Below, piece by piece: positions 28,036 through 36,579 of a DNA stretch of 64,000 nucleotides. Every line of letters begins with the position of its first letter. The first letter of the stretch is position 1. Both the position numbers and the translations under genes were made by a program. This DNA is from an uncultured Gammaproteobacteria bacterium (GTDB taxonomy: Bacteria > Patescibacteriota > Microgenomatia > Levybacterales > GWA1-39-11): positions 12,101-76,100 of the forward strand of contig CAZEGF010000022.1 of assembly GCA_964511965.1 (NCBI GenBank), read 5' to 3'. The notes under the pieces are model-generated. The model saw nothing but the letters and a program-made list of their open reading frames with translations, made no database searches and was not told the DNA's origin.

Positions 28036-28974
28036 GTGAAACCGGAAATTCAGGAAAAGAAAATAACAGCAAAAAAAGTTATTGTAGCTTCCTTCGCTGT
28101 TGATCTTCTCGATATCCTTTTATCAGTTGGGGTAGCAATAATTACGGGTAGTGTCATCATGCTTACTGAATCCTTGGAAGGAATTTCAGATCTTGTATCC
28201 TCCGGTCTTCTTTGGATTGGACTAAAGAGATCATCAAGGAAAGAAGATAGATCCCATCCTTTTGGATATGGGAGAGAAATTTATTTCTGGACTCTTCTTG
28301 CTGCGCTTATCATGTTTGGAGTTACTTCTTCGGTATCAATATATATTGGTTGGGAACGATTTCTGAATCCCCATCCGGTAAAAAATGTATTTCTTGCACA
28401 AGTTGTTCTTTTGATTGCGCTTGGAACAAATGGCTATGCATGTTATCTGAGCTATAAAAGATTGTTAAAAAAGAGACATTGGAAGCAAATAATACGAATT
28501 TTTTACCGTTCATCTTTGGTCGAGACAAAAACGACTTTTATACTTGATCTCATGGGTAGCGTGGCCTCACTGGTCGGAACCTTGGCTCTTCTAATATACG
28601 TGATTACCGGGGATATACGCTTTGACGGAATAGGTGCAATTATTATCGGAATTGTTCTTGCTGTCCTTGCGTTTCTGCTTTTAATGGGTATTCGAGACCT
28701 TTTGGTAGGTCGAAGTGCTTCAGCCGAAACTGAGGCAAAGATACGTGATGCTGCACTTACGGTCCCTGAGGTAGATAAGGTTCTTGACCTCAAAACTTTG
28801 CATGTAGGCTCGGAAAAGCTTTTGGTAAATCTTGAGGTTAATATGGATAACGATTTAAATACAGATGAGCTTGAAAAACTCATGGATAAAGTGAAAGAGA
28901 GCATACAAGCACAAGTTCCATCGGTAAAGTATATTCAGGTAGAGCTTGAAACACCTGACAGGACAATAACCTAG
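28036..28974 (+). CDS. Cation diffusion facilitator (CDF) family metal efflux transporter
   Basis: Six TM segments, the HPFGYGR motif and a C-terminal cytoplasmic domain. Confidence 0.85.
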   Translation: MKPEIQEKKITAKKVIVASFAVDLLDILLSVGVAIITGSVIMLTESLEGISDLVSSGLLWIGLKRSSRKEDRSHPFGYGREIYFWTLLAALIMFGVTSSVSIYIGWERFLNPHPVKNVFLAQVVLLIALGTNGYACYLSYKRLLKKRHWKQIIRIFYRSSLVETKTTFILDLMGSVASLVGTLALLIYVITGDIRFDGIGAIIIGIVLAVLAFLLLMGIRDLLVGRSASAETEAKIRDAALTVPEVDKVLDLKTLHVGSEKLLVNLEVNMDNDLNTDELEKLMDKVKESIQAQVPSVKYIQVELETPDRTIT

Positions 28975-29235
28975 CCTCAAAACCACTCGGAATCCCACTT
29001 TTTGTCAAGAGCAAATAATCTTTAAATTGGTATAAAAATATGCTATACTACATGTTCGGTTTTAGGCCCATAGTGTGATTTATCACGCGAACGTGTTAGG
29101 AGTTTAAATCACTCTTACTACGTATAGTCTACGTTTTGCATGTAGACTTTTTTGGTCCAAAAACCCAAGCACTTTGAAAATTTGGTTTCGTATTTTTTAA
29201 TTTCATCCCGCACTTGATGCGGGATCTAATAAGTA

Positions 29236-29361
29236 CTTGATCGTGGACAAGCGGATTTCATCCGCAACTTAAAACTTAAAACTTAAAGCCTCAAAAAATT
29301 ATTTTTGTTTTGAAGTTTGTAGTTTTTTATTTGTAGTTGCTACCGCCTGCCCACGATCAAG
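29236..29361. repeat. Imperfect 19-bp inverted repeat (cttgatcgtggacaagcgg / ccgcctgcccacgatcaag) flanking an AT-rich word spacer at the left edge of GC island 1
   Basis: Arms at 29236-29254 and 29343-29361 are reverse complements with 2 mismatches. Confidence 0.7.
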
Positions 29362-29397
29362 ATTTCCATATTTGTCTTGTCTGGGAGGAGGTTCGTA

Positions 29398-29586
29398 TTG
29401 ACGAACAAGATATTAGAAAGAGTCGCAAGGCTCATTGGCAAACGCGCCCACGAAGTTGGGCATGCTGCCGTTGAGTTCGGACATATTACGGTCCACGACA
29501 TCGAACGCGCGGCTGCACGCCGCAAGCCCAGGGAAAAAGCTGACAAAGCTCATCCCGCCATCGTCAACGACAAGTCCGTCAATTAG
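29398..29586 (+). CDS. Small protein P1 (about 62 aa) with a HEVGH...E..GH motif, in the GC-rich island
   Basis: Strong SD GGAGGAGG 6 nt upstream of the TTG at 29398. The track ORF 29377..29586 is in the same frame. The multi-frame ORFs of GC-rich DNA make this uncertain. Confidence 0.35.
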   Translation: MTNKILERVARLIGKRAHEVGHAAVEFGHITVHDIERAAARRKPREKADKAHPAIVNDKSVN

Positions 29587-29618
29587 GCGGGCGCCAAGTC
29601 CTACCCAGGAGAGTATAC

Positions 29619-29861
29619 ATGTCTCACGCAAATAGGCGAGGAATCGCAGGATTCCCCCGCCGACCGAAGACCAAACCGGCAAGCTACGGTAACACGCGTA
29701 TGATGCCTATCGTCAGGACTCCTGGCGAATTGGCGGCGCTCATGACCGAGCTTCCGGAACACGAAGCCCTTAATCGGGCCTGTATTTCGATCGAGGCTGT
29801 TTACGGACTCGGTGAGCCCGTACTCTTTCGGCCTCTCGACAGCATGTACTACCACCGCTAA
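29619..29861 (+). CDS. Small protein P2 (80 aa), GC-rich island
   Basis: RBS ggagagtatacATG. Same strand and operon layout with ppsA. Confidence 0.35.
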   Translation: MSHANRRGIAGFPRRPKTKPASYGNTRMMPIVRTPGELAALMTELPEHEALNRACISIEAVYGLGEPVLFRPLDSMYYHR

Positions 29862-29882
29862 CAGCGGCGCGAAGAAAGAAAC

Positions 29883-30086
29883 ATGTCAGACCACCATCGA
29901 AGGACGAGGCGTCAGCACTACGCTGACGAATCAAACCGAGATTCGTGGGAATTTGCCAAAGCCTTTCGTCAAGCCCGTTATTTCATAAAGACGGGTCAAC
30001 TCGGGCGAGGTCAAGCTCTCATCCAACCATTCCGCGGCATACGCCGTGGTTCCATGGAACAAATCCAAAACGAGGAGAACACTTAG
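29883..30086 (+). CDS. Small basic protein P3 (67 aa), GC-rich island
   Basis: ORF ends 1 nt before the ppsA start. Its last codons provide the GAGGAG SD for ppsA. Confidence 0.35.
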   Translation: MSDHHRRTRRQHYADESNRDSWEFAKAFRQARYFIKTGQLGRGQALIQPFRGIRRGSMEQIQNEENT

Positions 30087-32405
30087 TTGGGCAAGACAGC
30101 AGTAATCGAAAGCGAACTTTCTCAGAAGACCATCTACTGGTTTTCGGAGGTAAGTCGCGATGACCTGGGAGTCGTCGGAGGGAAGGGCGCCAACCTTGGC
30201 GAACTGACCAAAGCCGGCATTCCGGTCCCACCAGGGTTCGTCGTTTCGGCGGACACATATTTTCGCTTCATCCAGATGAACAGCCTCGAGTCGCTCATCA
30301 AGAAGGAGCTTTTCGGCCTCGATGTCCACGACAGCAGGGTGCTCGATGAGCGCGCGGCCAACATTCGGCAGCGCTTCATGGATGCTCCCATGCCGCGGTC
30401 TATCGCATCGGAAATCATGGACGCGTACCGCGAACTGGGCGAAGGCCCTGTTGCGGTCCGGTCGTCGGCAACAGCCGAAGACCTGCCCGAAGCATCTTTT
30501 GCCGGTCAACAGTCGACGTACCTTAACGTCGTCGGCCCAGAGAACGTTGTTCTCGCCGTCCAGGCGTGCTGGGCATCCCTCTTTGAGGGACGCGCCATCT
30601 TCTACCGGGAAGAAGCAGGATACGACCACATGAAGGTCGGACTTGCCGTCCCGGTCCAACGGATGGTGCAAAGCGAGATCTCAGGCGTCATGTTCACGGT
30701 CGAACCCGTGACGAGCGACCCTAAGAAGATCACAATCGAGGCTGTTTACGGTCTCGGAGAAGGGATTGTTTCGGGTGAGATCAGCCCGGATCTGTACATG
30801 ATCGACAAGCAGTCTCTTCAAATCACTGATCAGACCGTCACTCCACAGCCCAAAATGATTGCAAGGGCGCCGGAGTCAGACGGAAGCCATGAGGGAGCTA
30901 ACTCGTGGCAAGACGTTCCCGAGCATCTGCAGGAAAAGCAAAAGCTCACGGACAATGAGATCCACGAACTTGCCGCTATCGGCAAGGCCGTGGAAGAATA
31001 CTACGGAAGTCATCAAGACATCGAATGGGCCTATGAGGGCGGTAAGTTCTACCTCACTCAAGCACGCCCGGTGACGACCATGACTGAAGAACAACACGCT
31101 GATGTAACGGAACACGAAGAGGAGATCGCACCGGTCATCCTCAAAGGTCAGCCGGCTAGCCCTGGAGTAGGGCACGGACCGGTCCGTATCATCACCGATC
31201 CGAAAGACATCGACCAGGTCATGCAAGGCGACGTTCTAGTTGCTGAGATGACTACTCCGGATTTCGTTCCGGCGATGAAACGAGCTTCGGCCATCATTAC
31301 CGAACGCGGTGGAAGGACCTGCCACGCGGCCATTGTGTCACGCGAGCTGGGGATTCCCTGCGTCGTCGGAGTCAAAGGTGCTACCCAAGAGCTAAAGCCA
31401 GACCAGCAGGTTTCGGTTGACGGCTCGCAAGGTCTCATCTACAACGGTGAGGCGAAAACACGCCTGGCATGGGATCAGAGGCGGAGAAAACAACTCCTCC
31501 GAAAGTCCACAATAAAGACCACTACCAGACTCTACGTCAACCTCGCCGAGCCTGAGCTAGCCGAAGTCGTTGCTATGCGCAACGTCGACGGCGTCGGTCT
31601 TTTGCGCGCCGAATTCATCGTCGCGCAAATCAACCAGCACCCGAAGAAATACGTCGAGGACGGACAGGGTGCTGAGTACACACGGCTTCTTGCGGAAGGT
31701 ATCCGTAAGTTCTGCGAAGCCTTCAAGGGTCGTCCAGTCGTTTACCGACTGACCGACTTCAAGACGAACGAGTACGCCAACCTTCGGGGAGGCGCCAAGT
31801 TCGAGGCTACCGAAGAAAACCCGATGATCGGATTCCGCGGGGCATCCCGTTATATCCAGGACACGGAAGTCTTCATGCTAGAAGTCGAGGCGATCAAGCA
31901 AGTCCGCGAGGAATTCAAGAACCTGTACGTCATGGTTCCCTTCGTCCGGACTGAAGCTGAGCTGAAAGGCGTCAAGAATCTCCTGGCCGAGCAAGGTTTG
32001 GTCAGGGGAGTGGACGACTTCAAGCTCTGGATGATGGTGGAAGTTCCCTCCAACGTTATCATCCTCGACCGCTTCATCGACGTTGGTATCGATGGGATCT
32101 CCATCGGCTCCAACGACTTGACCCAGCTGGTTCTGGGCATCGATCGCGACAGTGAGGCTCTCGCCGATACCTTCGACGAGCGCAACGAAGCTGTCATGGC
32201 CGCCATCGAAACTGCGGTCACAGTCGCACGGCGTCGTGGTATTACCGCGAGCATCTGCGGCCAGGCACCCTCCGTTTACCCGGAGGTTACCGAAAAGCTG
32301 GTGGAGTGGGGGATCACCTCCGTCTCCGTTAGTCCTGACATGATCGAGCAGACACGCGAGATCATCCACAACGCCGAGGTCAAGCTCGGCCGCGCTCCCC
32401 AGTAG
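30087..32405 (+). CDS. ppsA: Phosphoenolpyruvate synthase / pyruvate, water dikinase (PEP-utilising enzyme)
   Basis: N-terminal PPDK_N motif (GGKGANLGEL...GIPVPPGFVVSADTY), phosphohistidine domain (GGRTCHAAIVSRELGIPCVVG) and a C-terminal PEP-utilising TIM barrel. TTG start with GAGGAG SD. The region is clearly GC-rich. Confidence 0.85.
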   Translation: MGKTAVIESELSQKTIYWFSEVSRDDLGVVGGKGANLGELTKAGIPVPPGFVVSADTYFRFIQMNSLESLIKKELFGLDVHDSRVLDERAANIRQRFMDAPMPRSIASEIMDAYRELGEGPVAVRSSATAEDLPEASFAGQQSTYLNVVGPENVVLAVQACWASLFEGRAIFYREEAGYDHMKVGLAVPVQRMVQSEISGVMFTVEPVTSDPKKITIEAVYGLGEGIVSGEISPDLYMIDKQSLQITDQTVTPQPKMIARAPESDGSHEGANSWQDVPEHLQEKQKLTDNEIHELAAIGKAVEEYYGSHQDIEWAYEGGKFYLTQARPVTTMTEEQHADVTEHEEEIAPVILKGQPASPGVGHGPVRIITDPKDIDQVMQGDVLVAEMTTPDFVPAMKRASAIITERGGRTCHAAIVSRELGIPCVVGVKGATQELKPDQQVSVDGSQGLIYNGEAKTRLAWDQRRRKQLLRKSTIKTTTRLYVNLAEPELAEVVAMRNVDGVGLLRAEFIVAQINQHPKKYVEDGQGAEYTRLLAEGIRKFCEAFKGRPVVYRLTDFKTNEYANLRGGAKFEATEENPMIGFRGASRYIQDTEVFMLEVEAIKQVREEFKNLYVMVPFVRTEAELKGVKNLLAEQGLVRGVDDFKLWMMVEVPSNVIILDRFIDVGIDGISIGSNDLTQLVLGIDRDSEALADTFDERNEAVMAAIETAVTVARRRGITASICGQAPSVYPEVTEKLVEWGITSVSVSPDMIEQTREIIHNAEVKLGRAPQ

Positions 32406-32524
32406 GAGCCATAACGTGAGCGTATACACGTTTATACGAAGCCAGATTAGACCGACCGCGAGGTCGGAAATTCCGCCGGACTTATGTCCGGCACCCCCTC
32501 CGCGTATAGCGGGCAACCCAACCT

Positions 32525-32562
32525 GGGTTCCCATCGCTTGCGCGGAGGGAACCCTTTAAAAA
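32525..32562 (+). terminator. Hairpin gggttccc...gggaaccc followed by TTTAAAAAAA at the right edge of GC island 1
   Basis: Perfect 8-bp stem. The T-run is short, so this is a weak intrinsic terminator. Confidence 0.35.
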
Positions 32563-32823
32563 AATTCACCAATTCCTAATCACTAATTACTACTCCAAAG
32601 GAGCAAGCTTTGCTTATTCACTAGTCACTATTTTGCGGGTTGACTTCAGTTTTTTTTAAAGCCTACAATTAAATAAGAAGAAAGTAGCAAGAAGCAAGTA
32701 GAAAGGGAAAATATGTTCTCTTAATACTTTATTCTTTATTCTTTATTCTCCCAAAATGTATTAGCTTTTGGACCGACTGGGACTAAAGCCAAGGAATGCA
32801 ACATTTAAAATATATAACGAAGC

Positions 32824-34068
32824 ATGTATTACTTCAGCGAGCTTATTAATAAAAAAGTAGTCAATGAAAACGGTAAGTCATTGGGTAAGCTTAAAGACTT
32901 CCTTTTTCTTGCTGAAGAATCTCCAAAAATCACAAAATTATTTGTAAAAAAAAGCCCCAGACGAAGTTATGCAATTCTTATAAAAGAGATAAAAACAATT
33001 GACGATAGAATAGTTGTTAATAAAGATTTTGTTGAAAAAGATATTGCAGAGCGGGAGTTTTCAATTGCCCACAATTTACTAAATAGGCAAATAATTGATG
33101 TTAAGGGCGGAAAGGTAGTTAGGATAAATGATATTGCGATTCAAGATAAGCAGTCGGTACCAACCGGTACTGTAACAGACGGCAATCAAGAGTATTATAT
33201 TGCAGGAGTAGACGTTGGATTTCGAGCAATTCTGCGGTGGTTTAAGTTGGAAAAGCCAACAGTTCCCCTCTATAAATTTTTCAAAATATATTCTCATCCA
33301 CACTTTCTATCATGGGGAGATATTGAACCACTAGAGTTGGCTCGTGGTAACGTGCAATTGAAAAAAGATATCGGAGACCTTGAACGGATGCGCCCTGAAG
33401 ATCTGGCTGATTACCTTGAGAAGACGAATATTAGAAATGTTAATAAAATTATTACCGGTCTTGATGATGAATATGCGGCCGATGTTATCGAGGATCTTAA
33501 TATTAATTATCAGACGGCTCTATTTAAAAGATTTGCACCCGAGCAAGCAACCCGTCTTATTGACTTTCTTGAACCAGATGAAGCAGTTGATATTCTTTTG
33601 ACTCTTCCACGGGAGAAAAGGAACGAAATCCTAGATAGTCTACCAAAAGGTAAAGGAGAAGAGCTTCGGGAGCTTATGAAGTATTCCAAAACTTCTGTTG
33701 GAAAGCTGCTAAATCCAGAATTTATAACAGTTAGTTCTGAAGCAACCGGATCTCAAGCGTTAGGTGTCGTAAAAGAAAAACTACCCGAATCTCCATTTTC
33801 TTCCTATATATATGCACTCAATCAGGAAGGTCATCTGGTCGGAGTTGTTGAATTATCTGATTTGTTGTTGCATGAAGGGGATGAGCAGGTTTTTAAATTT
33901 ATGGAGCAAGATGTTGTTGTCGCACATTTAACTACACCTCAAGAAATAGCACTTAAAAGGATGCTCAAATATAAATTATATGCACTCCCTGTAATTGAAG
34001 ACAATCAAAAAATGATAGGAGTAGTGACCTTTGATGACATGATAGAGGATGTAGTGGATAAGCTATAG
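32824..34068 (+). CDS. PRC-barrel + MgtE-N + tandem CBS domain protein with no membrane domain
   Basis: MgtE N-domain-like (DLADYLEKTNIRNVNKIITGLDDEYAADVIEDL...EAVDILLTLPREKRNEILDSLP) followed by a CBS pair. No TM helices. Confidence 0.65.
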   Translation: MYYFSELINKKVVNENGKSLGKLKDFLFLAEESPKITKLFVKKSPRRSYAILIKEIKTIDDRIVVNKDFVEKDIAEREFSIAHNLLNRQIIDVKGGKVVRINDIAIQDKQSVPTGTVTDGNQEYYIAGVDVGFRAILRWFKLEKPTVPLYKFFKIYSHPHFLSWGDIEPLELARGNVQLKKDIGDLERMRPEDLADYLEKTNIRNVNKIITGLDDEYAADVIEDLNINYQTALFKRFAPEQATRLIDFLEPDEAVDILLTLPREKRNEILDSLPKGKGEELRELMKYSKTSVGKLLNPEFITVSSEATGSQALGVVKEKLPESPFSSYIYALNQEGHLVGVVELSDLLLHEGDEQVFKFMEQDVVVAHLTTPQEIALKRMLKYKLYALPVIEDNQKMIGVVTFDDMIEDVVDKL

Positions 34069-34093
34069 GAGAATAAAGTGGTGAGAATAAAGT

Positions 34094-35389
34094 ATGAAGG
34101 AAATACTTTATACTTACTTCTTGATTCTTAATTCTAAAAATAATATGAGGAAATTGTGGAGACAGTTACGAATTAAGCTTCTTATTATTATGGCGGTCAT
34201 GGGGCCAGGACTTATTACTGCTTTTGCAGATAACGATGCCGGTGGTGTAGCTACCTATTCGGTTGCTGCAAGTAAGTTCGGTTACTCAATGTTAACGACC
34301 CTTATACCAATTACTGTAGTTCTTATGATTACACAAGAAATTGGAAGTAGGCTTGCAGTTGTGACAGGAAAAGGACTTGGTGATCTAATACGGGAAAAAT
34401 TTGGAATCCGAGTTAGTGTTCTTATTTTTACAATTTTATTCTTTGTTAATTTCGGCGTTATCATCCAGGATCTTGGTGGACTGAAAGATAGTCTTTCGCT
34501 TTTTCACCTAAATTTATGGATTTTTATGCCCATTGTGATAGCTTTTCTATTCCTTCTTATTACAAAAGCATCATATGCAAAGGTCGAAAAGTTTTTCCTC
34601 TTTCTTATATTTTTCTACCTCTCGTATGTGATAAGCGCAGTATTGGCAAAACCTGACTGGGCGTTAGTTGGAAAATCATTAGTAATTCCTCATGGAAAAA
34701 TTTCATTTGGATATTTGTATACCGCTGTTGCTGTTCTTGGAACTACCGTTACTGCATGGGGACAATTTTTTATAAATAGTTATGTAAAAGACAAGAAATT
34801 AACCGTAGACCGTCTCAAATACAACCAAGCAGAAATTTATTTTGGAGCATTTCTGACTGACATCATAACACTTTTTATGATGGTTGCAGTTGCCGCAACA
34901 ATATTTATCCATAACATACAAATTTCAGGTGCGGCTGATGCTGCTTTGGCTATCAAGCCATTCGCAGGGGATCTAGCCGGTGTGATGTTTGGGGCAGGAC
35001 TTTTGATCGCTGGATTTATCGGGGCAGCAATTGTGCCGTTAGCAACGGCATATGCTTTTTCTGAATTTTTCGGGTATGAGGGAAGCCTTGATGTCAGTTT
35101 TAGTAAAAGCCGTCTTTTTTACGGATTTTTTATTGGGCAAATCCTTCTGGGACTTTTAGTTATCAGTTTTCCAAATTTCTCGCTTTTCAAAATTACTTTG
35201 TATGCTGATTTTATTAATGGTATTTTCCTGCCCGTTATCTTTTTCTTCTTATATAAATTTGTGAATGACAAAGAACTTATGGGTAAATATAAAAATACGA
35301 AATTCCAAAATATAATGCTTGTAGGATCGGGTCTTGCAATAACAATTGCCGCTCTCGTCGGTGGTATCGGATCGCTTTTAGGGAAATAG
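34094..35389 (+). CDS. NRAMP-family divalent metal transporter (MntH-like)
   Basis: MAVMGPGLITAFADNDAGGVATYSVAASKFGY matches the NRAMP GPG...DxGN signature. About 11 TM helices. Confidence 0.65.
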   Translation: MKEILYTYFLILNSKNNMRKLWRQLRIKLLIIMAVMGPGLITAFADNDAGGVATYSVAASKFGYSMLTTLIPITVVLMITQEIGSRLAVVTGKGLGDLIREKFGIRVSVLIFTILFFVNFGVIIQDLGGLKDSLSLFHLNLWIFMPIVIAFLFLLITKASYAKVEKFFLFLIFFYLSYVISAVLAKPDWALVGKSLVIPHGKISFGYLYTAVAVLGTTVTAWGQFFINSYVKDKKLTVDRLKYNQAEIYFGAFLTDIITLFMMVAVAATIFIHNIQISGAADAALAIKPFAGDLAGVMFGAGLLIAGFIGAAIVPLATAYAFSEFFGYEGSLDVSFSKSRLFYGFFIGQILLGLLVISFPNFSLFKITLYADFINGIFLPVIFFFLYKFVNDKELMGKYKNTKFQNIMLVGSGLAITIAALVGGIGSLLGK

Positions 35390-35458
35390 GGGTCCTGTCG
35401 CTTGACCCTTTAGACTAACTACTTGCTACTTTCTACTAAATTTTATATCCTAGATTTC

Positions 35459-36514
35459 ATGGCACGTTTAACTTATCAGGAATTAATTAACAAGCATTTA
35501 GAAATTCTTAAATCCCTCCAATACGACTCCGGTCTATTTGCTGCAGCCGGAAATGCGGTCGAAACCGGATATGACAAATCATGGCTAAGGGATAATTTTT
35601 ATGAAACAATTGCATTTGAAGTAGTAGGGGATTGGGATACCGTTGAAAAGACATATGAGGCTATCTTGCAAATTTTAATAAAGCACGAATCAAAGATTGA
35701 CTGGGCAATTGAAAATAAGCCAACAGAATCATTCCAATACATACATGCAAGATTTCATCCTGAGACATTTGACGAGTTCTGGGAATCTTGGGGTAACAAA
35801 CAAAACGACGCGATCGGATGCATCCTTTTTCGTATCGGAGAACTTGAAGCCCATCACAAAAGGACAATTTTGAAAGACGAGGCTCATGTTCGCATTGTCA
35901 ACAAATTAGTCCGATATCTTGAGGCGGTTGAGTATTGGAAAAATGGTGATAGTGGGATGTGGGAAGAGGGGGAAGAGCTTCATGCTTCATCAGTTGGTGC
36001 GTGTGTTGCCGGTCTTCGCTCAATAAATAGGCTTGAAAATGTTGAGGTACCTGATGATTTAATTCAAAAAGGACAAGACGCTTTAAATGAATTGCTACCT
36101 CGTGAGTCCGAAGGGAAATTCGTGGACCTGGCTCTTCTGTCACTCATCTGGCCTTACAGAGTGGTTTCTGATGAACAAAGAGACAAAATTTTAGAGAATG
36201 TCGAGTACCATTTACTTCGCGATAGGGGTGTTATCCGCTATAAGGGTGATGCATACTACAATAAAAATGAAGACGAAAGAAGTGAAGAAGCGGAGTGGAC
36301 TTTTGGTCTTTCTTGGCTCGCAATTATATATCAAGAAATGGGACAAAAGGAAAAAGCGATGGAGTGCATAAAAGATCTTATTGCTAGTGACACACCAGAA
36401 GGATTACCAGAATTATATTTTTCTAATTCACCAGAATATAATGCAAACACGCCGTTGGGGTGGTCAGAATCTCTTTTTATCGTCGCTCTCTACGAGATGC
36501 AGGATAGATTGTGA
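35459..36514 (+). CDS. (alpha/alpha)6-barrel glycoside hydrolase-like protein (GH15/glucoamylase-related), tentative
   Basis: SGLFAAAG...TGYDKSWLRDNFY and a Trp/acid-rich repeat pattern. Start taken at the internal Met MARLTYQEL of track ORF 35423. Confidence 0.4.
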   Translation: MARLTYQELINKHLEILKSLQYDSGLFAAAGNAVETGYDKSWLRDNFYETIAFEVVGDWDTVEKTYEAILQILIKHESKIDWAIENKPTESFQYIHARFHPETFDEFWESWGNKQNDAIGCILFRIGELEAHHKRTILKDEAHVRIVNKLVRYLEAVEYWKNGDSGMWEEGEELHASSVGACVAGLRSINRLENVEVPDDLIQKGQDALNELLPRESEGKFVDLALLSLIWPYRVVSDEQRDKILENVEYHLLRDRGVIRYKGDAYYNKNEDERSEEAEWTFGLSWLAIIYQEMGQKEKAMECIKDLIASDTPEGLPELYFSNSPEYNANTPLGWSESLFIVALYEMQDRL

Positions 36515-36579
36515 TTTTTCTGCCCGGTACTTGACTGGAAGACCCAATTCCTGCATCATAGTAACAGAACTCATTTTCT

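Noticed and set aside
29080-29150. Possible tRNA (T-arm-like GGAGT-TTAAATC-ACTCT)
   Set aside because: No complementary acceptor stem, D-arm or anticodon arm could be built, and the T-loop is not TTCRANY.
30134-32534. Antisense and alternative-frame ORFs within ppsA (e.g. 29931..30671 -, 30134..30418 -, 31850..32254 -, 31878..32534 -)
   Set aside because: They lie inside a well-supported 772-aa PEP synthase gene. Long spurious ORFs are expected on the opposite strand of GC-rich coding DNA.
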